From Owenia fusiformis (Eukaryota), in contig CAIIXF020000001.1 in the NCBI GenBank assembly GCA_903813345.2, forward strand, positions 21,080,001 to 21,144,000: 64,000 nucleotides of DNA, written 5' to 3'. Position numbers and translations under genes: made by a program. Numbering within the stretch: the stretch's first letter is position 1; each line of letters starts with the position of its first letter. Under the pieces are notes generated by a model that saw nothing but the letters and a program-made list of their open reading frames with translations, searched no databases and was not told the DNA's origin. Below, piece by piece: positions 49,284 to 61,231 of the stretch.

Positions 49284-50675
49284 CACTGAAGGTCAACTAA
49301 AGGTCATAGGTCAAAACTAAGGTCAGATTTGAGTTCCTGAGATCTTGTAGATGCTTTTTAAAAAAAAGTTTGGTCAATTTAGAGCAAGTTGAAATTTATC
49401 CTTGAAAAATTCCGAAATTTGACCTTTTTTCAGTTTTTGAGTTCTAATATCTCACAACTGGAGCAAAATTTTAATAAATAGTCAATTGCTAATATGTGTA
49501 GAACCTTTAGGGGAATATATATTGTGACTTTCAGTAAAAAAATTGATTTGTAGTCTCCAATTTTGAGAAACTTAGAAAACACAGTTTGTGATTTCGTTTG
49601 ATGACCTTGACCTTTGACCTTGCAAATTTTACTTTTTTACACCTCAGAAGGTCTTTTGTGAATAAATATACCTAAATTTGAATCCAGAAAATCGATTTGA
49701 AAAATCAACTTTTTTGACCTTTGGGAGGTCACTGAAGGTCAACAAAAGGTCATAGGTCAAAACTAAGGTCAGATTTGAGTTCCTGAGATCTTGTAGATGC
49801 TTTTTAAAAAAAAGTTTGGTCAATTTAGAGCAAGTTGAAATTTGACTATGAAAAATTTCGAAATTTGACCTTTTTTTAGTTTTTGAGTTCTAATATCTCA
49901 AAACTGGAGCAAAATTTTAATAAATAGTCAATTGCTAATATGTGAAGAACCTTTAGAGGAATATATATTCTGACTTTCAGTAAAAAAAATTGATTTGTAG
50001 TGTCCAATTTTGAGAAACTTAGAAAACACAGTTTGTGATTTCGTTTGATGACCTCGACCTTTGACCTTGCAAATTTTACTTTTTTAGACCTCAGAAGGTC
50101 TTTTGTGAATAGATATACCTAAATTTGAATCCAGAAAATCGATTTGAAAAATCAACTTTTTTGACCTTTCGGAGGTCACTGAAGGTCAACCAAAGGTCAA
50201 AGGTCAAAAGAAAGGTCAGATTTGGAATCCTGAGAACTTGTAGATGAGTTTTAAAAAAAAAATTGGTCAATTTGAAGCAAGTTGAAAAAAGACCTTTTTT
50301 GACCTTTTTTTGACCTTCAATATCTCAAAATCTAAGCAAAATTTCTCTAGACGGCAAAAGGCTAAGACTAATAGAAGACTAATATCTATCTGTGTGCAAA
50401 GATTCAGCCAAAAATATTGAAGTGTAGTGTCAGCATTTGAGAAACTTGAAAAAAACTTAGATTTGACCTAGATTTTGACCTTTGACCTTGACCTAGATAA
50501 AAATTCCTTTCCCGCCAAGTTCAGCCCAGGTCCCTAGTAGTACTATGTAGTACCTAGTTGAAAGGTAGTTGGAAGTAGGAGAAAAAGAGGGAGGAAGAAT
50601 AAATAATAAAGAATAATAATAAAGAATAATATCTACAAAATTGATAGGAGGCCCCCCGATGGGGCCTCCTAATAA
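49284..50675 (-). mobile_element. HINE family C, piece retaining the 5' end; 446-bp repeats
   Basis: Stem-loop taggaggcccc-ccgat-ggggcctccta (50645-50671), adjacent AAT/AAG-rich microsatellite, repeat period 446 (49288, 49734). 3' hairpin end missing. Confidence 0.82.
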
Positions 50676-50994
50676 TATATTGTTCTCATGATTAGAAATG
50701 AATACTTGGAAAACTCATTTCCATTTAACATACATTTTAAAATATATCAATTTTCCTAGTCCTGGTCTTTTAAAACAAATATTAGTACAAACAATGATGT
50801 CATTTATCAAAGTATGCATGACAGACAGTGAATTAATAATTAATTAGTCATTAGGAATATGAAACTGAAATAAGATATAGTCTCTCAATTCTCTTTTATG
50901 TAATGACATAACATTTCACAGATTGATCATTAGGAATAAGATCCTCAAATAAAAAGCTTTAATAAAACACAATAGCAATTAATATGAGTCAATT

Positions 50995-51290
50995 TAGCAG
51001 TATTATTCACTGTTGCATTATAATCCACAATAGCACTATATTTCCCAGCAGCACTATAATTCACTGTAGCACTATATTTCCCAGCAGCACTATAATTCAC
51101 TGTAGCACTATTTTTCACAATAGCACTATAATTTACTGTAGCACTATCATTCTCAACAGCACTATCATTCACAATAGCACTATATTTCACAGTAGCGCTA
51201 TATTTCACAATAACACTATAATTCAAAATAGCACTATATTTCACAATAGCACTATAATTCACAATAGCACTATCATTCACTGTATTATTC
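50995..51290. repeat. 18-bp minisatellite in the TIMELESS 3' UTR
   Basis: About 16 copies of tagcactataattcacaa variants. Confidence 0.9.
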
Positions 51291-52161
51291 ACTGTCACTT
51301 TCAATGGCAGTTCTCTTCACAGCTCTCCTTAGTGGAATGTGATCATTCACATCAGAATCTGAATCTGAGAAGTTCTGACTCATCATTGTTGCAGGAAATG
51401 ATGCTAAATCTTTGTATTTATCACTTGTAGTTTTATCATTACTATCATCCTCATCGCTGTCACTACCAAGCCGTGCTCGTTTAGATGTTGGTTTCTTTGA
51501 ATGATTGGTGTCTGATTCTGAGTCACTAGACTGAGTAGGGTTTCTGTTACGTTTACGCTGCATGCTTAATGGTTCATCATCGGAACTAGAGTCTGATGTG
51601 ACCTGACTTGGCTTCTCATTTTCCTTATCTGATTCTGACTTGTGCCCAGATGCAGATATATTAGATTCTCTACTTGAACTTCTTGATTCCCGGCTTGATC
51701 CTCTGGATCCCCTACTTGATCTCCTTGATCCTCTACTAGAGGTCCTTGATCCCCGACTGGAGTTCCTTGATCCTCTACTAGAGCTCCTTGAACCTCTACT
51801 AGAGCTCCTTGATCCTCGACTGGAGCTCCTAGATCTATTAGATCCTTGACTTGAATTCCTTGATCTTTGACTTGGACTCCTTGATCCTCTACTTGATCTT
51901 TGGCTAGTAGACCTGTCTAATTCCACTGAACTATCAGAGTCACTATCCATTCCAGATTTTTGGGATCTTGGAAAATCAGTTGATTTTTTACTCTTAGTTA
52001 GTGGTTTATCATCATCACTACTACTATCATCATCACTTATGAACTCCTTTGATTTGAACTGGTTCTCAGTTTCTTTCGGTTCAGGGGCTTTCTGGGTTTT
52101 CTTCGCCTTTGATTTCACAGGTGAAGCATGAGAAGTGTCTATGATCAATCTGTCAGCATCA
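51285..52161 (-). CDS. TIMELESS: TIMELESS last coding exon (S/R/D-rich tail)
   Basis: Acceptor at 52162-52163, phase-2 join, ORF ends ESDSE-stop. Confidence 0.8.
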
Positions 52162-52330
52162 CTGAAATATTGAAGAACAGTATTTTTAATAATTAAAACT
52201 AATATAATGCCTCAGAATAATTGGAAAATAACCGGTAAGTTTTATTGTTTATTCAATATTACTAAATTATATTAGTTTTCTTTCCATTAAATATTTCATG
52301 TGCTTGTTAACTTTCATATTTCTACAAAAA

Positions 52331-53320
52331 CAGAGTGTCTCAAAAAAATGTACCCAAAAGTATATCAAGAGCACAGATAAACCAATCAATATTTTCAGAC
52401 ATTTTTTGCATGGTCATGTAGCCAAAACATAAAAGTTTTCTCCCCAATACACCATTTTTATTTCAGTCTTGTCTTTTTGATGCTTTAACCCTTTACCTTT
52501 TAAACCACATAATTGATGTAACCTCATATTTCGATGACAGCCTGTATCCTTACTGCTACATTGTTCATCACATTTGATAATAATTCTGGTGGAATGTTTT
52601 GGATTTCTCTTTGGATGTTGCCCTTAAGTTGTTCTAGGTCTTTTTGCTTGGAATGATCATTAAAACATTCCTTCAAATAGCCACAGAGAAAGATGTTTGA
52701 GGATGACGATGGCAGAACAAACACAGATAATCAGGTCAATTATCGTCAAATGATTCAGGAATTACCTTCCAGAGTTAGGCAGGCTAGCCTGGAGACCAAA
52801 TCATGCCCAAATGAAAACACAGTGGTCTCAAATTGATACACAAACAAAAGCTACATTAGAATCCCAAGCAATGCAGTTTCTTGAACCTCTGACCTCTCTG
52901 TATAAGGGGGCTATAAGACATCATGAGGGCCTCCCTATTCACCATATTTGACGGCCCATACTTTTTTCTCTGAGGCTATTTGAAGGACCATTTCTATGCT
53001 AAACCCAAGCAAAGAGACCGAGAACAACTTAGACCAGCATCCGAACAGAAATCAAAACATTCCATCAGATATATCAAATGTGATGAACAATATAGTAGTA
53101 AGGATGCACACTGTCATCGAAATATGAGGTTACATTGAATATGTGGTGTAAAAGGTAACGGGTTAAAGTATCAAAAGGGTAAAACTGAATTAAAAACTGT
53201 GTATAGGGGGAAAAAATTTCATCTTTTATCTACAAGATCATGCAAAAAATGTATGAAAATATCGATCAGTTTGTCTATGGTGTTGATATACTTTTGGGTA
53301 CATTTTTTTGAGACACCCTA
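52331..53320. mobile_element. Tc1/mariner-derived foldback element in a TIMELESS intron
   Basis: Arms of about 370 bp starting cagagtgtctcaaaaaaatgtaccc. Both arms contain a transposase C-terminal relic (FLCGYLK / FFL*GYLK). Confidence 0.8.
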
Positions 53321-53415
53321 TATATAGTATTCACCACATTTAATAAGTTGATTTACTTATTGGGTCAATAACACAACTTTATGACTGTATATACTGCATC
53401 ACTTGATGTACCTAC

Positions 53416-53532
53416 CTATCACTGTCTGAGGAGTTATCTCGTATGGGAGCCCTTAATCTAGATTTCTTCTTGGTCTTATTAGGTTTCTCTCCACTAGTGC
53501 TGGGTGTCAGTGCAAAGTTGGCAGCATTCATC
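53416..53532 (-). CDS. TIMELESS: TIMELESS exon
   Basis: GT-AG, phases fit; MNAANFALTPSTSGEKPNKTKKKSRLRAPIRDNSSDSD. Confidence 0.75.
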
Positions 53533-53871
53533 CTAAAACATAATTTTTAAGGTTGTTGCAGTGATTGTAGATTTCTTGGATTAAACCAGGCACAACTGTA
53601 CTTCTGACATCTGAATGGAAAATGTATTGATAGAGTAAATGTATAGTGCCCCACACATGTACCTGTATGTTTTTAACAAAAATGAAATAGCTAAATGAAA
53701 TACTAACAGTAAAAAGTAACCTTTAGAAAAGATAAATACTGTTTAGATGATATGCTAGACCTATGAATTTTAATTTAATCTGCTACATAAAAAAAATTGA
53801 AATGCATGGAAAAACCAAGACCAGTAAACAAAGACAAGGCATTAAGATTACAGATGCAAAACACCGAATAC

Positions 53872-54092
53872 CTTTTCTTATGCCTTGAATCTTTCTCTTT
53901 TGCTTTCCTGTCTTTTCTCTTTTGTTTGGCTAATTTTTTCAACATCTTTTTCCTTGGGTCTTTCTTCTTAGGCTGTTTGGCTTGAACTGGTGTTATGGTG
54001 TTTGCCTTGTCTGGGTCATCAGGGTCTAAGGCATCAGCAAGGGTGCATAGTGCAGGAGCTGACATAGAACCAGGGATGCGCCAAAATGCTTG
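53872..54092 (-). CDS. TIMELESS: TIMELESS exon (end of PARP1-binding domain)
   Basis: QAFWRIPGSMSAPAL...; FWRIP is the conserved Timeless C-terminal motif. Confidence 0.88.
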
Positions 54093-54396
54093 CTATAAAA
54101 CATGTAAATAACTGTCTATTACTTGTTTATTGGTATGTGTAAATTGGAATATATTAGTCTAAATGCTATGTGAATATCAATGCGTTGCATGGTATCTGTG
54201 TGGCTATTTACAGTTTCATAACAAAAAAATTAAAATCATTATTCAAATCTATTTTATTGAAGAAATTTTTTTCAAAAATCTGTTTCCTCAACAATTTAAG
54301 AAGTTAGGCTAACAGTTAATATAATAGACAACATGTTAAATTTAAGCCTTAACATTAGAGACAACCTCTTGTTTCAAACATCATCAACATTTATAC

Positions 54397-54521
54397 CTGG
54401 TTATCTTCAGAGGGAGGGGTAATCCCAATGATTTGTAGGAACTGGGCAAATGTTGCATTCTCCATGGCATCACAGTTCTCCTCTGTGATCGGCACTATTG
54501 GGATAGGGTCCCCATCATCTC
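54397..54521 (-). CDS. TIMELESS: TIMELESS exon (PARP1-binding domain)
   Basis: IPIVPITEENCDAMENATFAQFLQIIGITPPS. Confidence 0.9.
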
Positions 54522-54843
54522 CTGGAATATAACCACTGGGAAATCAAGGCATTTCCACTTGCGCTCTGTTCAAATTAACGCAATGTCCCACTGCATGGGG
54601 AATAGTCGAAAATATTGAGAATTGAATCACAATCGAGTATTTCAACTGAGGTTTCAGCAAAATACAGATTTATATGTACTCTTTTTAAATGGTTGGCAAA
54701 GCCTTTCTTTTAATATTTCACTTTAATAGAAATTCTACAATGTATTTGTACATAAAATGCATTTTTGTACATCAATCTGGAAATATTTGTACAAATCACA
54801 TCGCAAATGAGATAAGCAAGCATTTTATGAGAGTATTTCTTAC

Positions 54844-54912
54844 CATCCTCCTCCTTGTCTGCAGCAGTTCTCTGAAGTCCTTCCTTTATCCACACAATCT
54901 GATCACTCATAC
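54844..54912 (-). CDS. TIMELESS: TIMELESS exon
   Basis: GMSDQIVWIKEGLQRTAADKEED; phase 1-1. Confidence 0.85.
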
Positions 54913-55236
54913 CTACAATGCATCAAATATGCAATGTTTTAGCAAGAATTGTCAAATAATAACATGACAAAAATACCCCCATTGATATGTTTAGTTATTG
55001 TTATTACAAATTGCAACAACAGTGTAACGATTTGTTGCAGATGCTGAATACTAAACACTGACATTCAATGCCAGTCACTCAAAACGAGACCTGTAACAGC
55101 ATGTCATCACTTCGTGGAATCAAGAAGAATAAAAATATAAGTATTGCATGATAAATGGTACAATGGTTTACATGTACCTATAGCTACATTTAGAAATTCA
55201 AGTAAACTGTATATGGTCAATGATTTATTTGTTTAC

Positions 55237-55437
55237 CATTTTCTATTACGTTCACCATCATGTCTTTAACAGACCCAGTAGCTTGCTCAGAGTGTGTGAT
55301 AGTGGCATCATCAGCAGATGGTTCTTCATTATCACTACTCTCACCATCACTGGACATGGAGGATTCACTAGTAGGGTGATGGGCATCATTGTGGGCTGGA
55401 TCATCATCGCTGCTTGAGTCGGTAGGTAAGAGCTCAT
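55237..55437 (-). CDS. TIMELESS: TIMELESS exon (acidic linker)
   Basis: DELLPTDSSSDDD...MVNVIEN; phase 1-1. Confidence 0.8.
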
Positions 55438-55629
55438 CTGTGTGATAAAACAATTTTAGATGCAGTAGGGTAGATGTAGTGCAGAAATGTGTGCTACAAT
55501 GTGTTTAAGTGCAATTGATATTTAACATGAGACTGTTCAGATAGCATGAACCTGGAAATTACATGTACATGAGGTTTCTGAAATACTGGAAAAAATGTTC
55601 ATTCAAAATTTATTACGCATTTATACTAT

Positions 55630-58600
55630 TAGCGAGATCAATAGTGCAAAAATAGTTTATTCATGGAACGAAGCGTGAAACTTTCCAGATATCATCAGGA
55701 CACTATTCCCTTTGATTTAAGAGCCAGAGCCATTTTTGTGGTTCACTAGAATGACCGGAAATTGCAAATACCCCCTCCCATAAAAATCCTGGGGGAGGGG
55801 GAGGGAAGAATTATTTTTTTGTTGAATTTCTTTTTTGAATATGATTTAACTTCATTTTTAGTATGTTATTTTCAGTATTTAAAAGCAATTTTCAAGATTG
55901 CATCAGTATTTCTCATGGATATTCATTGTTAAAGCCTGACCAAGGGCGACGCCCACTTTATCAACATGTTAAATATACAAGTTAATGAGTCTTCTATTAT
56001 GAATACAATAATTACCTAATAAGGCTGAATAGAATTGATAAGATTAAGTCAGTTATTTATGTTAAGATGATGGATGCTGTAAGTAAGTCAATTTCACTGT
56101 TAAAGGCTTGTGAAAGGCCACACCCTCTTGTAGATATAAAGATATGATAATATAGAATTCACAATTAATGATACATTATTTTGACTTTTAATGACAGCAC
56201 TTTGACTAATTGATACAAGTTACCTTATTAAGTATCTTAACTGCAGTTCAAATATCCTATTTTGTGCATTTAAGCACTTCAACACTCTATTATCATTATC
56301 ACTGACTTAGGTGCCAAGTCCCCACAGGGCAGTACATGCAAGATTGGCTTTAAAGCACTTGCATCTTTTTGTTGAGCATTGTTGTTTGCAGCTGCATTTT
56401 ACTAGCATTTGGCATGCATCTGAAGCTTGGGGCAATGTTTTCCACACTGGCACCCAAATCATTTTCCCAGCCTTTGTGGTAATGGATTCCCAACCCAATT
56501 GAAGGGAGGACTGACATAGGTATAATTGGCCCCACAAATAAACTGCCTGGAATAGAACATGTTTGATATGCTGTTGTAAAGCATGCAACTTATGTTGGTG
56601 GGATGCTCTCAATTTGATTTGTTTTCTTTGTGAACATTTCTTGTCTTGCAGCATTTACAGTTGTTTCATTGTTGTCTCTATTGTATAAAATCACAACAAA
56701 ACGTTCAATAATTGGCATAACTTTGGCTAACTTATTTGGATCTTCAGCCAAAGTTTTAAGTGCATTTGTCAACTCGGATAAGTAATCCAATTTTTCCATG
56801 CTGTTGTTTTTAATTAACCGTGGAATCCAGATGTAGTGTCTGAACCAGTGTGGGCATGAAATAAGGGGAGACACATAGCCCTACCATGTCCAAGGGCAGC
56901 TGCCATTTCATGGGAAGTGAGATATCTTTAATTTTTCACCTTTTCCAAAACTATCTATTTTTTAACTTTGAGTTCTGATGATATACTGACTGCCAGACAG
57001 ACAATATCAGTCTACTGTTCTAATCGTCAATGTGTTGTACCCAGACTTTACTGCATGGTGGATGTGCTTATTCATGTGTTGATGGGGAAATGTCTTGAAT
57101 GGGCATTGGGGGATATAATAATACATCTTACAATACATTGTTTATATCATCTCTAATAAATTCCAATTTGATGGTAACATCGCATCTACCTTTGGGCACT
57201 GAACATGATCATATCCTGCAATTTGATTGGACATCGTATACTGATGATCGTGATTTTTAAATAAATTATAAGTACACGAAAGAATGATAGTATTATGGGA
57301 GCTACTCACTTCTTCTGGACTGATATTGAGGATACAATATCTTTGTTTTCTAATGAGTACATGTCATTTGAAGTCTCCAGAAGGGATTTCTCATCTATTC
57401 TATGGTTTCTTATAATGCTTTCACATTATCTTTGAATCTTTGTTGTATGCTTATACTTTGTTCATGATTAGATAGGTCTTCATCTTGATCATTATTTATA
57501 TTGTTCTCAAATTCAGTGATCAGCCTGGCCAATTCAGGGCCCCCAACCATCCACTAGAGTTGTCTGGTTGTCAAAGAGCCCCACCACTTGATTTATCTAG
57601 ACTGTTATTCTGCTTGTGAACCTGGTCAGTAGCAATGGCTGAAAAGGTCCATCTTGAATTGGTAACAGTGAAGAAGTCTTTGGTGAAGGCTTCATAGACT
57701 TCTGGATGTATTTGTTGGAGTTGTAGCATATCCCTTATGTGAACTAGTAATCAGCAACCATATTGACTGGAGATAAAGAGGGTAATTGCCCTCTCTGATA
57801 GCCCACACTTAGTTAAGGCACAGTATTTCGATTAGAATGATAGGAAACCAAAACTTGAAGACTGGTACATTCTGTTGGTCAGCACACCATTCATCAAACT
57901 GTTAAATCACTTCATCATATAGATTCTGGACAGCTGTATATTTAGCATAGGCTCTCTTGAGAATTTAGAGACTGCAGCCTGTGACTGTGGTGGCCCTTCT
58001 GGTTCTGGTTCAATCCATGAAAGAGGTTTAATAGCCTAAATGTTCAGCATATGAAAAGTGGGCGTCGCCCATGATTAGTCTTTAACAATGATGAAAATCA
58101 AAGAGAAACCATCTGGAGATAAAGAGGAAAATTCTCCTGTCCTATAACCCTCACATAGTCAAGGCTCAATATTTGAATTTGAATAATCAGAAACCAAAGC
58201 TTGAAGACTGGTACATTCTGTTGGTCAGCACACCATTCATCAAACTGTTTAGGCACTTGGTCAGCACACGATTCATCAAACTGTTTAGGCACTTCATCAA
58301 CTAGATTCTGGACAGTTGTATCTATAGCATAGGCTCTCTTGAGGAGAATATAGAGACTTGACATACATGTACATAGAATAGTGGATACATGTTGTAGATC
58401 TGGGACATCCGTTGCTTGCTTTCTTCTTTCTTCTAAACAGGGGTGTGATATGTTATAAGCCTTTAAGAAGTCAAATTCTAAGATTGATTATAGCACCTAA
58501 CATCAAAAAGGTATCTGGTGTTATCCAGAAAGCTGAAGTACATTCATTTGTTCAACTCATGATAAAGATTCAATAACCTAAATGTTCAAGATATGAAAAG

Positions 58601-58939
58601 TGGGCGTCGCCCATGACTAGTCTTTAACAATGATGAAAATCGATGATAAATCATCTTGTTATGTTGCAAAACTTCTTTGTCATGAAAATGGCACACTGAA
58701 ACTGCAGTATGACCATATTCAAAGAAATTTTTTTATTAAAAAAAATTCCTAACTCTCCCCACCCCCACTGAATTTGGGGGGAGGGGGTACTTAGTATTTT
58801 TTGATCATTCTAGTGGACCACAAAAATGGCTCTGGCTCTTAAATCAAAGGGAATGGTATTCTGATGATATGTGGAAAGTTTCACGCTTCGTTCCATGAAT
58901 GAACTATTTGCTTGTTTTCTTGCACTATTGATCTCGCTA
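55630..58939 (-). mobile_element. Decayed Academ (AcademX-type) DNA transposon in a TIMELESS intron
   Basis: Termini TAG..CTA, 3-bp TSD tat (55627-55629 and 58940-58942), imperfect TIRs of about 340 bp. Minus-strand relics of an XPG-like domain (GSDTTSGF, ESIPPT..LQQH) and a Cys-rich finger (CSCKQQCSTKRCKCFKANLACTAL). Confidence 0.8.
56307..58400 (-). pseudogene. Fragmented Academ transposase/XPG-nuclease ORF
   Basis: Frameshifted fragments 56307-56654, 56590-56874 and 58098-58364; internal duplication near 57845-58100 / 58190-58640. Confidence 0.7.
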
Positions 58940-59042
58940 TATGGAGACTATAAGGATCAATCACACACTAAAAGTCAAGTGCTATACAAAGAAACAACCA
59001 TTATTTGTGTTTCTTAATTAACATTGGTGCATTTTTCCTTAC

Positions 59043-59222
59043 CATTGGCTCCCTCCTCCCATGGGTTGCCTCCCTTCTTCCCTTTCTTTCCTCCAGATTT
59101 TCTTGCTCGTCTTTTGTATAGCTTTGTCTTGTCTGTCACCAGGCCCAGTTCTAATATCTTGTCCTGCACCTTCTTCTTGGACCGCTTTATGCTCATCTCA
59201 GGTATAATGTTACCCATGATGT
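59043..59222 (-). CDS. TIMELESS: TIMELESS exon
   Basis: DIMGNIIPEMSIKRSKKKVQDKILELGLVTDKTKLYKRR. Confidence 0.88.
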
Positions 59223-59503
59223 CTGGAAGTTACATTTTAAAATATTGTATTGGATACATCGAAGTCATAATACTGAGGGTGTTTGGGTCTTAATCTTTAG
59301 TGACTAGTGCTCTCTAGAGCAGCTAACATTTATTCATCAGATCTTGTTGATCAGAAAATTGACCTCTACCTTGCAAAAATACATATAATATGGGTGACAA
59401 TGATCGTATAGATGTAATGCTATGGCATGAATGTTATTTATCAAAAAATAATTGGGACTTAAATCACCATTTTCAATTATACATCCCAGAAGTGTTTACT
59501 TAC

Positions 59504-59583
59504 CATCAGCATCCTTGTGTTTCTCAAACAGTTCTCTCAACTCTGCTTCATGTTCCTCCAGCCACACACCCCTTGGAGCACCA
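59504..59583 (-). CDS. TIMELESS: TIMELESS exon (second Myb-like repeat)
   Basis: GVWLEEHEAELRELFEKHKDAD. Confidence 0.88.
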
Positions 59584-59959
59584 CTATAATGTAGAGCATA
59601 CATTTATCCAGGTCATGCATGGTGAGATATGTTGAAATGTTCCAGTTCTTGACTACACTGATGCAAATCATAAATCTAAGCAAATAAAATAGTCTAAAAC
59701 TCCTGGTAAACAATCCCCATCGAAATAATCCTTCACAACTGGACTCTAAAACACCCATGAAAAATTGTCTCTTCAAAATTAATTCTCAAATTCATTTTTC
59801 ATATATATGACTCCAATTTACAGTGTATTGATCCACATGTTATTTTCCCATATGGGATCATTTATTCTTTATTGTCAAATTCTGGTCTTATTCGGAGAAG
59901 CACACATTTTGATGGCATCCTGTTCACTACCCATGATAGAGTTATTCCAAATTGCTTAC

Positions 59960-60086
59960 CCCTTGGACTTTTTCAGAGATGCTGCATTCTCAATAAGTTC
60001 CAAGTTTGTAAGTTTCTTGATTATCTGCCTCCTGGTCTTGGTCTGGTCTATGATATGAACCATAATGTTGTCTACCACATCAAGGT
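59960..60086 (-). CDS. TIMELESS: TIMELESS exon
   Basis: DLDVVDNIMVHIIDQTKTRRQIIKKLTNLELI. Confidence 0.88.
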
Positions 60087-60275
60087 CTAAAATCAAAGTT
60101 TTAATGACTGGATTAAATATTAATTCATTATGTTTTATTATTACAATCATATAAAGTGTAGGAATCTCATCATTGATTGTAAGTGATGAATTTCCCATCT
60201 GATTGTACAGAGGTTTGGAAAATGGAAACAAGATTATTGCTCATAGAGCAAAAATAGAATAAATCTAGTATTCAC

Positions 60276-60364
60276 CTCCGCCCTCCATATCCCTGTATTG
60301 TTCATAAAGCTGCTGCAGTTCCATCTCCTCTTCTTCTGACCACAAAACTTTCCCACTCTTTGCC
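60276..60364 (-). CDS. TIMELESS: TIMELESS exon (first Myb-like repeat)
   Basis: VLWSEEEEMELQQLYEQYRDMEGG. Confidence 0.88.
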
Positions 60365-60669
60365 CTGCAACACACAACAACAATTAGTGAATGGTCACAA
60401 GAATTACTTTACATTCAATTTATGATTTAGACTTTTTATTTTTACAAGAATTTAGTAGTTCAGCAAACACACCAACCTCTGACTTGACTCAATTACTTTA
60501 CTAGACATCAACCAATCTTTATACATTCTAACACATTTACACAAAAAATTGTGGTTGAGCAATGACAGACTCTGACTGAGTAAGCGTTTTCAAGATTTTT
60601 CAGTATTATAAAGAGTGAGGCAGATCAAATCACACTTGTTCAGGGTACTGGAAACATAACATGACTTAC

Positions 60670-60818
60670 TCTGCTTTATAGGTGCCATAACCTCCCTCCA
60701 TCAACTCAGTGGATTCACGTACATTCTTCCAGAATAAAATTTCAATGAACACTTTGTCATTCTTAGCCGCAACCTCAAAGAATTTGCGAACAATGAAGTG
60801 GGCAAATTTCACCAACTC
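60670..60818 (-). CDS. TIMELESS: TIMELESS exon
   Basis: [32 protein letters not shown]...EGGYG. Confidence 0.93.
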
Positions 60819-61023
60819 CTGGATCAAAAATAAAGTTTGAATAAGCATTTATTATAGCATCTAAAATATATACAATCTGATGCTAGTGTAGTTTTAAAAG
60901 TTAGTATTCTAACTATAATTTACAAAATATAAATGACCTTAATCTTTCTTTGCAAGTTTCTGACACAAAACTTGTAGTTTCACAATGTAATTTCACAACG
61001 AGTACCATACCAATTATTTGTAC

Positions 61024-61231
61024 CTTCATATGCTGTGACTTAGCTGAGGGGTGGAACATTATTTCTTGGAAGATCCTGAATAGCCTCATTTGGAACAACA
61101 TTCCAGGCAGGTCTAGATCTACAGCCATGCGGTGAAACATCTTTACACATGCATGGTTTGTCTGGTTGGAGTTCTTCTTAAAGTCAGCAAACAATAGAGT
61201 GTAGGCCTTCAGGACGTTTGTCTGGCAGAAC
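61024..61231 (-). CDS. TIMELESS: TIMELESS exon
   Basis: RFCQTNVLKAYTLLFADFKKNSNQTNHACVKMFHRMAVDL...LFQMRLF. Confidence 0.93.

Noticed and set aside
50945-51849. ORFs 50945-51304, 50984-51430 and 51640-51849 as separate genes
   Set aside because: Alternative-frame readings of the 18-bp and 21-bp minisatellites.
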